Shown here: piece by piece, positions 52,801-61,998 of the stretch | How positions within the stretch are numbered: the first letter of the stretch is position 1 | How the letters are laid out: each line of letters begins with the position of its first letter | Origin: Trichormus sp. ATA11-4-KO1 | Lineage (GTDB): Bacteria > Cyanobacteriota > Cyanobacteriia > Cyanobacteriales > Nostocaceae | Length of the DNA: 64,000 bases | NCBI GenBank assembly: GCA_019358915.1 | Contig: JAHHIM010000001.1 | Coordinates: 232,386 to 296,385 of the forward strand | Direction: 5' to 3' | Position numbers and translations under genes: made by a program | Notes under the pieces: model-generated | The model's database searches: none | What the model saw: only the letters and a program-made list of their open reading frames with translations | Told to the model about the DNA's origin: nothing

Positions 52801-53515
52801 AAGAACCTCCCACAAGGGTGCCGATTGATTCTCCCAAGACTGCCCGGCGGACGTTACCGCTCACAGTTAAATCAAAAACCAGAATTGGGATATTATTTTC
52901 TTTACACAAGGCAATCGCTGTACTATCCATTACCCGCAAATCTTTAGCCAAAACGTGCGCGTATGTCAGACTGGTGTAACGCTTGGCGTCAGGATAAACA
53001 TGGGGGTCAGCATCGTACACTCCGTCTACCTTGGTGGCTTTAAAAATCACTTCGGCATCAATTTCTGCGGCTCTTAATGCCGCAGTGGTATCAGTGGTAA
53101 AAAAGGGATTTCCCGAACCAGCACCAAAAATTACCACCCGCCCTTTTTCAAGATGACGGATGGCGCGACGACGGATATACGGTTCCGCTAATTCTTGCAT
53201 AGCGATCGCGGTTTGTACCCGCGTCTGTACCCCTATTCGTTCTAGCGAATCTTGTAGCGTCATGGCATTCATTACCGTGGCAATCATCCCTATGTAGTCA
53301 GCGGTTGCCCTGTCCATCCCCGCCGACGCCGCTTTGACGCCACGAAAAATATTGCCGCCGCCAACGACGATGGCGATTTGAACGCCAGTGGCTACTACCT
53401 CTGCTACTTCCTGGGCTATTTCTTTGACCACTTCTGGATCAATGCCATAGCCCATGTTGCCCATTAAGGCTTCACCGCTTAGTTTAAGTAAAACCCGTCG
53501 GTAATTCGTTCCCAT
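52787..53515 (-). CDS. pyrH: UMP kinase
   Basis: [25 protein letters not shown]. Confidence 0.97.
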   Translation of the reverse strand: MGTNYRRVLLKLSGEALMGNMGYGIDPEVVKEIAQEVAEVVATGVQIAIVVGGGNIFRGVKAASAGMDRATADYIGMIATVMNAMTLQDSLERIGVQTRVQTAIAMQELAEPYIRRRAIRHLEKGRVVIFGAGSGNPFFTTDTTAALRAAEIDAEVIFKATKVDGVYDADPHVYPDAKRYTSLTYAHVLAKDLRVMDSTAIALCKENNIPILVFDLTVSGNVRRAVLGESIGTLVGGSCEIS

Positions 53516-53585
53516 GAAGTTACGCTTTATCAAAAAAGTTGCAATTGCCTCCAATTTAAGATAGCAGTACAGTGACTATCTATGT

Positions 53586-54140
53586 CTAGTTACGCCAAAT
53601 CAATGCCGTACCTATCGGTTTTGTTTCCGGTAGACTAATTGCTTGGCCTTTAAACAAAGAGGCGATCGCATTTCTGAGATAATCTTCTCCCAGAGATAAT
53701 GGATCTTGGGGATGACTGTCAATTTGACCTTTGTAGCGCAATATACCATGACAATCTACTAAAAAAGCCATTGGCGTTTTACTAGCACCAAAGCTACGAG
53801 TTACATCTTGAGTTGAATCCCACAGATAAGGGAAATTCAACTGGTGGCGTTGGGCAAAAGCTTTCATCTTATCAAAGCTTTCGGTCAGGTGCTGCGTAGC
53901 ACTACTACCATTCATGCCAATCAGTGTAAAGCCGTCTTTGGCAAATTCCGCTTGAATATTTTTTAGCCTGTCTAAATACAAGCTGACATAAGGACAGTGG
54001 TTGCACATAGAAATGACGCCAACTGCACGGAATTTCTCTAAATAACGGCTGAGATGGTGTACTTGATTGTCAATTCCTGGTAGCTCAAAATCTGGTGCGT
54101 AGCTACCTACAGGGGTGTCAATTGTTTCTAGTATATTCAT
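53586..54140 (-). CDS. Thioredoxin-fold AhpC/TSA-like protein
   Basis: APDFEL, CNHCPYV, FPYLWD. Confidence 0.88.
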   Translation of the reverse strand: MNILETIDTPVGSYAPDFELPGIDNQVHHLSRYLEKFRAVGVISMCNHCPYVSLYLDRLKNIQAEFAKDGFTLIGMNGSSATQHLTESFDKMKAFAQRHQLNFPYLWDSTQDVTRSFGASKTPMAFLVDCHGILRYKGQIDSHPQDPLSLGEDYLRNAIASLFKGQAISLPETKPIGTALIWRN

Positions 54141-54422
54141 CTTCTATAGCCGGAAGGAACTAAAAACAAAAAAGTCTAGGTAAAATTCAGTATCACTTTT
54201 TTGCGTGCAAACCACTTTTTAGCCAATGCTTGATATCTCACAATTTTATAAACCAATTCGGTTGCCGTAAATTGTGAAACTACTGAATCTACCACCGAAG
54301 ATAATTTAATTACATTAAACTTAATACTATGGTGATTTTTACAGATACGCCACAATCTATTGGATGACATAAGATATTTTCCAGATAGATATATGTTAAG
54401 TTGAGCCTTCATACTTTTGACA

Positions 54423-54544
54423 TAAATAAATCGGCGGGAATAAATCAAACTATGTTAAGTAATGTAAATTACAATTTAGCTCGTAGTAAGCGGCTCTAGC
54501 CCTTATTTGAGGACTAAAGTCCTCTCTGCGAGACGCTACGCTCA
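54423..54544. repeat. Truncated inverted copy of the 6299-6463 element ending in a 21-nt short repeat
   Basis: GGCGGGAATAAAT..ACTATGT..AATTTAGCTCGTAGTAAG..GGACTAAAGTCC matches the reverse complement of ~6338-6463. Confidence 0.8.
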
Positions 54545-54706
54545 TAGCCCGTGCTGAGTCAGGAAAGTCAAAATGTAAAGTATCATAAACAATGAGAATA
54601 CGAAAGTTTAAAAAAGAAATCATAAAAAGTAAGTACCTATACATAAACATTTAGCTATTTTTTAACACAACTGAAATCGCTGTATTCCCACACTGTGCCC
54701 TTTCTT

Positions 54707-55603
54707 ATGACAACTTCTACAAACACATTTACCTCAACAAAAACTTGGATTTGGCGAAATTTCTCTATTTGCTATCAGAGCCAAGGTACTCATGGCCCTG
54801 CTGTGGTTCTAGTACATGGCTTTGGAGCCTCGTGGTGGCATTGGCGGAAAAATATCCCCGTGCTAGCAGAAAATTGCCGTGTTTATGCTATTGATTTGAT
54901 TGGTTTTGGCGCTTCAGCTAAACCTGAACCGGGGAAACAAATTGCCTATACACTAGAAAATTGGGGACAGCAATTAGCAGATTTTTGCCGCGAAATTGTG
55001 GGTGAGCCTGCTTTTTTAGTAGGAAATTCTATTGGCTGTATTGTGGTATTGCAAGCAGCCGTGAGCAACCCGGATATAGCTTTGGGAGTAGCTTTAATTA
55101 ACTGTTCCTTAAGGTTATTACACGATCGCAAGCGGGTAACACTCCCCTGGTTTCGTCGCTTTGGTGCGCCGATTCTCCAGAGAATATTATCTATCAAACC
55201 AGTTGGTCAGTTTTTCTTCAATCAAGTCGCTAAACCGAAAACCATCAGAAAAATTTTGCTTCAAGCCTACGCTAATGCAGATATAGTGACGGACGAGTTG
55301 GTTGATATTCTCACTGCACCTGCAAAAGACCCAGGCGCTGTAGCTGTGTTTTTGGCTTTTACTGCTTATTCTACAGGGCCCCTTCCAGAAGATTTGTTGC
55401 CTGAGCTACCTTGTCCTGCAATTATCTTATGGGGAACAGCTGATCCCTGGGAACCAGTAGACTTAGGTAGAGAGTTAGCTAATTATTCACAAGTGCTAAA
55501 GTTTATTGCCTTAGAAGGCGTGGGACATTGCCCTCAGGATGAAGCACCGGAGTTAGTCAATCCGATTTTACAGGATTGGATTTGCGAGCGATCGCCTGTA
55601 TGA
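54707..55603 (+). CDS. Alpha/beta hydrolase
   Basis: HGFG, GNSIG nucleophile elbow, GHCPQDE. Confidence 0.92.
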   Translation: MTTSTNTFTSTKTWIWRNFSICYQSQGTHGPAVVLVHGFGASWWHWRKNIPVLAENCRVYAIDLIGFGASAKPEPGKQIAYTLENWGQQLADFCREIVGEPAFLVGNSIGCIVVLQAAVSNPDIALGVALINCSLRLLHDRKRVTLPWFRRFGAPILQRILSIKPVGQFFFNQVAKPKTIRKILLQAYANADIVTDELVDILTAPAKDPGAVAVFLAFTAYSTGPLPEDLLPELPCPAIILWGTADPWEPVDLGRELANYSQVLKFIALEGVGHCPQDEAPELVNPILQDWICERSPV

Positions 55604-55683
55604 AACTTTGTTAGATGATACAACAATGAGACGGCAAAGATGGAAAATTCCTGACATAGTTAGCATTTAAAATATAGTTAATA

Positions 55684-56448
55684 TTATTGATAATTCAGGA
55701 AAGAGTTGATTCTAGATACAGCATATCGGATGCTTTGCTCATTTGTATATTCTGAGTTAATGGGAATCTCTTTGTCAGATTGCAGCACAATGACAGCGCG
55801 ATAAAGTTTTGCATATTTGAATTGTTTTGCTTGAATATCAAAACGGAGAATAGTTTCTAGTGGTTCTTCGATAATTGTTTGACCGCGCCAACCTTTGCGC
55901 TCTATGCATACCTGATTAAGACTCTTGTAGAAGGTACATTTGCTTACAGGCGATGTTGCTAAAAAAGCACCAATTGCCATAATAATTAATATAAATAAGT
56001 TTAAGAAAAACAGAAAGTTTCGTTGATTTTGCTGGACTGATAAAGACCTGTTTTCAGATAAGACAAAATAGTTAATTTCCTGGGCAACTTGCTGATTTTC
56101 TCGATAGCTTAGATTTGATATTAGTTGATAGTCTCTCAACGGAGTCACAATAATTACTTGATAGTTTTTACTACCTTTACTACCTCTGTTAATCTTGACA
56201 TATGCTTCCTGGAGATCAAAAATTCGCAGCTTCTCTGTTATTCCCAGCAAATTAGAGCGTCTCAATTCACAGTTAAGTTGATTGGGTGCGGGGCGATGGC
56301 AAGTCAGACGAGCCGAAGCAAACTCAAAAAATATACAGTAAATTAAAAAACCTAAACAGCCAATAACAATACACGCTCCACTGAACCATTTATTGATTGG
56401 TCGGTGCTTTAGCTGTAATCTAGTACGAGTTTCCTCTACAATTTTCAT
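55684..56448 (-). CDS. Hypothetical membrane protein with two TM + beta-domain repeats
   Basis: Two TM segments, each followed by a similar unit ending YQVIIV...INYFV / YRAVIV...INSFL. Confidence 0.7.
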   Translation of the reverse strand: MKIVEETRTRLQLKHRPINKWFSGACIVIGCLGFLIYCIFFEFASARLTCHRPAPNQLNCELRRSNLLGITEKLRIFDLQEAYVKINRGSKGSKNYQVIIVTPLRDYQLISNLSYRENQQVAQEINYFVLSENRSLSVQQNQRNFLFFLNLFILIIMAIGAFLATSPVSKCTFYKSLNQVCIERKGWRGQTIIEEPLETILRFDIQAKQFKYAKLYRAVIVLQSDKEIPINSEYTNEQSIRYAVSRINSFLNYQ

Positions 56449-56532
56449 CGTATTGGTGTATAAAAGATTTAACTCATAAGTTGAGTATTCCCCTTAAATC
56501 CCATTCACTAACCAGTAAGTATAAATACATAA

Positions 56533-57384
56533 TTGTTTATGCAAATATTAAAACTAATTCCTGCAAACGAGTTACCTAAACGAATCGTAAGTCAATTAAC
56601 TTTATTAGTTCTAGCTTGCTCCCTAGGGATGCAAAACTCTGCGCTTGCACAGCCTCAACCAGCAACTAAACTTCTGCCATTTTTTGATAATCTAGAGAAC
56701 CCGGTTCCGGTTGGTTTTCCTTCAGGGCAAAAATTAGACATTACACCACCCCCACCACTATTGAATTCTTTTGACCAAGCTGTACTCAAAGTCTGCGGCC
56801 CTATGGGAACGAGAGTCACTACCAATAAATTTAAACAGTTGTTGTCCTATTACCCAGATGTATTACAGAAACTTCAGACAGTTAGCGGCGGCGAATTGCG
56901 TCCGGGACGTAAGAATAAAGCAGATTTTTTGGAAGATTTAACTAATATTTGGTTTAAAAATCGAGGTTTTGAACATATTTTTTGTGGCGAAATATATAAC
57001 GCTAATGATATTGGGGGATTGCATTTTTATGGTAGATATTTACAGTTACAAAATGAGGGAGTTGGTGGACGCTTAACAAATAATCAAAGGCGAGAGGAAG
57101 TTGTTCCAGGTGTAATCTATACAATGGGTGTAGTTATTAAACAAGGAAACCGCACAGTAACAGATGTCATCAAAGGCTATAGCTACCTTAGCAATGCCGA
57201 AGAAATGCTTTTGGATGCCACCAAAATCTTTAAGCTGCAAGGAAATAATGAAGGAGCGTGTATTTTTAATGTGCGAGACCGAGATACAGGAAAAATTTTT
57301 CCCACGGTTTTTGTGCGGAAACAAAAAGCTATAGTCACCTATTATCCCGATGCTACTCCCCAAGGTGCAAAATGTAAAAGTTAA
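56533..57384 (+). CDS. Secreted EndoU-family endoribonuclease-domain protein
   Basis: Signal-like N-terminus (LLVLACSLGMQNSALAQ); GFEHIFCGE and IGGLHFY His motifs; start uncertain. Confidence 0.8.
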   Translation: MFMQILKLIPANELPKRIVSQLTLLVLACSLGMQNSALAQPQPATKLLPFFDNLENPVPVGFPSGQKLDITPPPPLLNSFDQAVLKVCGPMGTRVTTNKFKQLLSYYPDVLQKLQTVSGGELRPGRKNKADFLEDLTNIWFKNRGFEHIFCGEIYNANDIGGLHFYGRYLQLQNEGVGGRLTNNQRREEVVPGVIYTMGVVIKQGNRTVTDVIKGYSYLSNAEEMLLDATKIFKLQGNNEGACIFNVRDRDTGKIFPTVFVRKQKAIVTYYPDATPQGAKCKS

Positions 57385-57431
57385 CTAGACGCATAGGGTA
57401 ATAAGACTGCCATTTTTAATTAATTCCTTCT

Positions 57432-57445
57432 TTGAGCTACCTCAG
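57432..57445. promoter_or_regulatory. Candidate Crp/Fnr-family box TTGAG-CTAC-CTCAG
   Basis: Fnr-box geometry (5-4-5); TGnCAAATT extended -10-like sequence at 57465-57473. Confidence 0.5.
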
Positions 57446-57503
57446 AGACAACATCATAAATTCCTGGCAAATTAGGGTTAGATGAGTTCAGAGAGTCATA
57501 CAG

Positions 57504-58280
57504 ATGACCAACACTAACCTCAATTTATCAATAACTAGCGGACATGAAGTTCTAGCAGCAGCAGGCAAAAAATATCTGCGTCCCGGTGGACGAATAGCTA
57601 CAGAAAAATTATGCCAGTGGGCAGATTTTCAACCTGGTGAAACAGTTTTAGAGTTAGCTTCTAGTTTTGGCTACAGTGCCATAGCTCTTGCTCAACGCTA
57701 TGGTGTCCAAGTAGTAGGCGTAGAAAAAAATCCTAAAAGTGTCGCTCGTGCGCGGGAAAATATCCATGCAGCCGGCTTAGAAAATCAAATTGAAATCATT
57801 GAAGGTGATATTTTCTACTTGGCTAGCATTCCCAGGAAGTTTGATTACGTTTTAGCTGAAGCCATTCTCACCATCCAATCCCCATCAGGGAAAGCTCAGC
57901 TGTTGACTAAAATTCATCAGCGACTTAAACCGGGTGGTAAGTTTCTCTCCCATGAATTATTAGCTGCTGACAAAGAAGAACAAATTCGCGCCGATTTAGC
58001 AAGAGTAATTCGAGTCAATTCTACACCACTTTCAGCAGCTAACTGGATTGCGGTTTGTGAAACAGCAGGTTTACAAGTACAGAAACATCAAATCGGCTCA
58101 ATGAATTTATTGAATTTAAGACAGATGTTTCAAGATGAAGGCATTTTCAACACAATGCAGATTTTGTGGAATATTTTAACGCAGAAGTCTATCCGTCAAC
58201 GGGTTTTAGAAATGCGCCATGTCTTTAAAAAATTCCATCCCGAATTAGGCTACATCATTATGTGTGCTGTTGCCCAATAG
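57504..58280 (+). CDS. Class I SAM-dependent methyltransferase
   Basis: GKKYLRPGG, VLELASSFG, FDYVLAEA, LKPGG. Confidence 0.9.
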   Translation: MTNTNLNLSITSGHEVLAAAGKKYLRPGGRIATEKLCQWADFQPGETVLELASSFGYSAIALAQRYGVQVVGVEKNPKSVARARENIHAAGLENQIEIIEGDIFYLASIPRKFDYVLAEAILTIQSPSGKAQLLTKIHQRLKPGGKFLSHELLAADKEEQIRADLARVIRVNSTPLSAANWIAVCETAGLQVQKHQIGSMNLLNLRQMFQDEGIFNTMQILWNILTQKSIRQRVLEMRHVFKKFHPELGYIIMCAVAQ

Positions 58281-58316
58281 GTTTATTCTTCTCAAAAAAT
58301 TCCATCCTCAAAGTTT

Positions 58317-58649
58317 ATGACTAATCAAATAATAACTAGCTCATCTCTTGTTACCCAACTGCGAGAACAGATTGAATATCCTCATACTGGTGTTCTTAGC
58401 AAAGTTTTGATTCAAGATAAAGCTTGCCAATATACTCTCTTTTGTCTAGCGGCTAACAGCCAGATTTCCGAGCATACATCTACTCGCAATGCCACTATCC
58501 ATATCCTGGAAGGTAGGGGATTACTTACTTTATCTGGCAAAGATATTATTCTCGAATCTGGTGTTTTTGTTTTTATGCCTGCTAATGCCCCCCATGCTTT
58601 AAAGGCTGAAGAAAATCTAGCATTTCTGCTGCTATTTCTGAAAAAGTAG
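58317..58649 (+). CDS. Cupin domain protein
   Basis: ISEHTS...HILEGRG, MPANAPHAL metal-binding motifs. Confidence 0.9.
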   Translation: MTNQIITSSSLVTQLREQIEYPHTGVLSKVLIQDKACQYTLFCLAANSQISEHTSTRNATIHILEGRGLLTLSGKDIILESGVFVFMPANAPHALKAEENLAFLLLFLKK

Positions 58650-58684
58650 CAGATAGTCAATATTAGTTTTTGGAGCTTGGTAAA

Positions 58685-59179
58685 ATGTCATCATTAGTTT
58701 CCACCTTCACCCAACACTTAAATTTTTCTCCTACTCAATTAGAGGCGATTTTTTCAAAACCACTAACTGAGTTTCTCAAATCTCCTGAATGGCAAACAGA
58801 ACTAGATAGCTTAAATACCAATTTACTCAAGGAAACTTTACCTGTAGCTGGAGATGTTTTAGCTAAGGAGTTACCACCTTTTTACAACTGGCTAAAAAAT
58901 GAGTTAGGAGTCAAGCGGGTTCCCGATAGTCCTAATCACACAACAACATGGGTAATTAGTTTCGTAAATAATCAGGAAAGTTTAACCCGCTTGGTTGAGT
59001 TGCACCGTCCAGTCCCTCATCCGGCTTTAGAAGCTTCTATTCCTCGCTTGGTGGGGTTGTTTGCAGATGTAGAAGATGAGCAAGTCAGGCAAGAATGGCA
59101 AAAGACAGTTGCAGCACTCTGTCTAGTTTTAGTTGTTGCGGCTCGTGAACAAGATAGATTAACTTTAGTAGGCTCCTGA
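58685..59179 (+). CDS. Hypothetical all-alpha protein, possible divergent globin fold
   Basis: GGAG RBS; LLKETLP..FYNWL..H..LVELH..EWQK pattern. Confidence 0.75.
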   Translation: MSSLVSTFTQHLNFSPTQLEAIFSKPLTEFLKSPEWQTELDSLNTNLLKETLPVAGDVLAKELPPFYNWLKNELGVKRVPDSPNHTTTWVISFVNNQESLTRLVELHRPVPHPALEASIPRLVGLFADVEDEQVRQEWQKTVAALCLVLVVAAREQDRLTLVGS

Positions 59180-59245
59180 AGTAGGATAACAGTCAGTTGT
59201 GATGATCCGGAGCTTCAAAACTGACTGAATGGAAGGTCAACAATT

Positions 59246-59581
59246 ATGGCTATTGGTAATAGTTTGGCATGTAGGTATTTAGGTTGGGGTGACTTTAACC
59301 AGTTTCGTCAAATGCCTTTGGCTGATCATGAAGTCTTAATTTACACTACTCCTATCGGTAGTGCGCCTGTTTTGATTCGTGGGTTTCTGAATTGTATTCG
59401 CTCTGAGGAAGTAAAAGAAAAATTACCGCAACAATTTTCTGAAAATGACCTAGCAGCAGTTATGGTAGAAATGGTGAGAACCTTACCTGATAGTTTGATG
59501 CAGGAATTTAATGAGTGGTTTGATCATAACCAGAAGGTTTTATCAGATACTGTTGTTGTTTGTGCTGTGATTAGTTGGTAA
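59246..59581 (+). CDS. Hypothetical protein
   Basis: 111-aa ORF with GGAAGG RBS, in line with the upstream genes. Confidence 0.7.
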   Translation: MAIGNSLACRYLGWGDFNQFRQMPLADHEVLIYTTPIGSAPVLIRGFLNCIRSEEVKEKLPQQFSENDLAAVMVEMVRTLPDSLMQEFNEWFDHNQKVLSDTVVVCAVISW

Positions 59582-59584
59582 ATA

Positions 59585-60283
59585 TTAATTTATATTTCCA
59601 GAAGCGATCGCATCTAATTTTTCAGTATCCAGTATCGTAATTTTGCCACCTCGACTATAAGCAACTACCGACTTGAGACTCTTAATTAACCGCACGCATT
59701 CTTCGTAAGTAATACCGATACTTCGAGCCATGCGATAGTAGGATAAATTAACTTTTAAATACTCGCCTTTTGAACTTGATTCAGTGCCAAATTCGGCGGC
59801 AAAATATTGAATTAATCTAGCAAGACGCACAATAGCCCTTTCTGAAACTAACCCATGAACTGTTTCATGCAATTGTTGAATCCGAGTATTAAAAACCATC
59901 AGCATTCGTAAGGCAATCTCTGGATTATTTTGGATAGTTTTTAATAAAGCATCCCGTTGAACAGTGATAATTTCACAATCAGATTCAGCAGTCACCGTTG
60001 CAGGTGCAATTCCATTGCCTAACAAGGCAGGCGCAGCAAAAATTTCCCCAACAGCCAAGCCGCGCAAAATCGTTTCTTTACCGGTGCTGGCTGTTTTGGT
60101 AACTTGAATTGAGCCACTGACCACAGCATATAACTTCGCTGGCAGGCGATCGCCTTCATGCAGTACAATTTCTCCTTTGCTGTAACGTTGCAACTGGGTA
60201 TGCGGTTGCAAGCTGACTTTGTCTGCGGTTTCTAAACCCGCAAACACAACAATTTGTGAAAGTTGTTCTAGGGATGCCTGCAT
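59585..60283 (-). CDS. Crp/Fnr family transcriptional regulator (no N-terminal Cys cluster; Dnr/NnrR/HcpR-like)
   Basis: cNMP-like barrel (EGD..LYAVVSG..GKETIL..GEIF), ERAIVRLA, HTH MARSIGITYEECVRLIK. Confidence 0.9.
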   Translation of the reverse strand: MQASLEQLSQIVVFAGLETADKVSLQPHTQLQRYSKGEIVLHEGDRLPAKLYAVVSGSIQVTKTASTGKETILRGLAVGEIFAAPALLGNGIAPATVTAESDCEIITVQRDALLKTIQNNPEIALRMLMVFNTRIQQLHETVHGLVSERAIVRLARLIQYFAAEFGTESSSKGEYLKVNLSYYRMARSIGITYEECVRLIKSLKSVVAYSRGGKITILDTEKLDAIASGNIN

Positions 60284-60371
60284 CAGTAGTCGTGCACAAT
60301 AAACTATCTAGCTAGGAAAGGGGACAGGTGACAGTATGGGAATGGCTAAATATTTATGCGTAGGTACTTAA

Positions 60372-61775
60372 TTAGGCTGATGTTGCCAACGCTGGACGAT
60401 ATTGAATCCAAGGTTTAGCGGCTTCTAGTTGTGCTGCTAGGCTGATTAAAGTAGCTTCGGCGGCAGGTTTGCCCATGAGTTGTACACTTATAGGTAAATT
60501 ATTACTATCAAAACCTACAGGCAGAGCGATCGCAGGTTGTCCAGTGGCATTAGCGGCTGGACAAGGGGCCACCCAGTGAATAATTTTTTGGAATGTCTCT
60601 TCTGGACTAAGATTAGCCCACTCGCCTATGCGGATGGGTGAATGCAGATAAACTGGCAACACCAGCACATCTACGGTATCGAAAAAAGCTACAATTTGTC
60701 TGGCTACTATCTGCATTTGCGAAACTGCTTGTAGGTACTCACCAACAGAACCAGTTCTTGCCAATAGCCAACGATTTAATGGCTGTAACGCTTCCACAGG
60801 AATTCCTGATGCTGCCACCCCGGCTTGCCACACGGCTTGAAACGGTTCTACTAATCCACTGAAGTCCGGGCATTTCTCTTCAATTGTATGGCCCAGTTGT
60901 GCTAGTAACTGAACTGTTTGCATCACACCTTGCCGACAATTAGCATCTGCTTCTCCTAAGGGAGGAATGCTAGTACTAAAGGCAATTCGCAAATTGCCGA
61001 GTTTTTCTTTGGTGGCAGCAAGAAATGAAGGTTCAGGATTGGGTAACCAGTAAGGATCACCAGTGAAGTAGCCAGACATAGTATCTAATAAGGCCGCAGC
61101 ATCAGCCACAGTACGAGCTATTGGCCCATTAGTAGCAATCCCAGCCAGGCGATTGCCTACGGGTGCATGAGTTACTCTGCCTCGTGACGGTTTGATTCCC
61201 ACCAAGCCACAGCAAGCCGCAGGCCCCCGAATGGAACCACCACCATCAGAACCTTGAGCGATCGCACATAATCCGGCTGCTACTGCTGCTGCTGCGCCGC
61301 CACTGGAACCGCCAGGGGTATATTCTAAATTCCACGGATTTCTGGCTGGGGGAAATCCTGTAGGTTCACTATAGGGAAATGAACCGATTTCTGAAGTTGC
61401 TGTTTTACCAAGAATGATTAACCCGGCTTGTTTAATGCGGGTCACCACTCCATCATCATAGTTAGGGATATTTTCTAATAATGCTGGATTGCCATAGGTA
61501 CAAGGTACACCTGCCACAGCATTGAGGTCTTTAATAGAAATCGGCACACCGAACAATGGCGGTAGTTCTGAGGTAGTTGCCAAGATTTCTGTTTTGGCTT
61601 TGGCATCTGCGATCGCTAATTCTGCCATCACTGTAAAATAACTTCCTAATTGCGGATTCAATTGCTCAATCCGTTCTAAATATAATTTTACCAACTCTAG
61701 CGGCGACACTTCCCGACGACGAATTAAGTTCGCCAATTCTAGGGCTGGGGTAAAAGCTAAATCAATTTCATTCAT
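60372..61775 (-). CDS. Amidase signature family enzyme
   Basis: GVPISIKD, TPGGSSGG, GSDGGGSIRGPA. Confidence 0.93.
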   Translation of the reverse strand: MNEIDLAFTPALELANLIRRREVSPLELVKLYLERIEQLNPQLGSYFTVMAELAIADAKAKTEILATTSELPPLFGVPISIKDLNAVAGVPCTYGNPALLENIPNYDDGVVTRIKQAGLIILGKTATSEIGSFPYSEPTGFPPARNPWNLEYTPGGSSGGAAAAVAAGLCAIAQGSDGGGSIRGPAACCGLVGIKPSRGRVTHAPVGNRLAGIATNGPIARTVADAAALLDTMSGYFTGDPYWLPNPEPSFLAATKEKLGNLRIAFSTSIPPLGEADANCRQGVMQTVQLLAQLGHTIEEKCPDFSGLVEPFQAVWQAGVAASGIPVEALQPLNRWLLARTGSVGEYLQAVSQMQIVARQIVAFFDTVDVLVLPVYLHSPIRIGEWANLSPEETFQKIIHWVAPCPAANATGQPAIALPVGFDSNNLPISVQLMGKPAAEATLISLAAQLEAAKPWIQYRPALATSA

Positions 61776-61998
61776 AGGTTAGTTGATGACCTGTTTTCTC
61801 TGTTTCTAAAATTTTTAAACCTAAGTTGTTACTTTAGCAAGATTTCCGGGAATTATGAATCTTATAGCTCCTAAGATTAGTCAATCAGGATGTACAGATT
61901 CAATAGGTTTGGTTAGGCTCTTATTCAAGCCATAACCTCGCCGCATAGTTATTTTAATTGTTTCGCATAACCTTTCGACCAATCCCCAAGGGATATTT

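Noticed and set aside
54176..54650. Two AT-rich minus-strand ORFs
   Set aside because: Intergenic or repeat-derived, with no motifs
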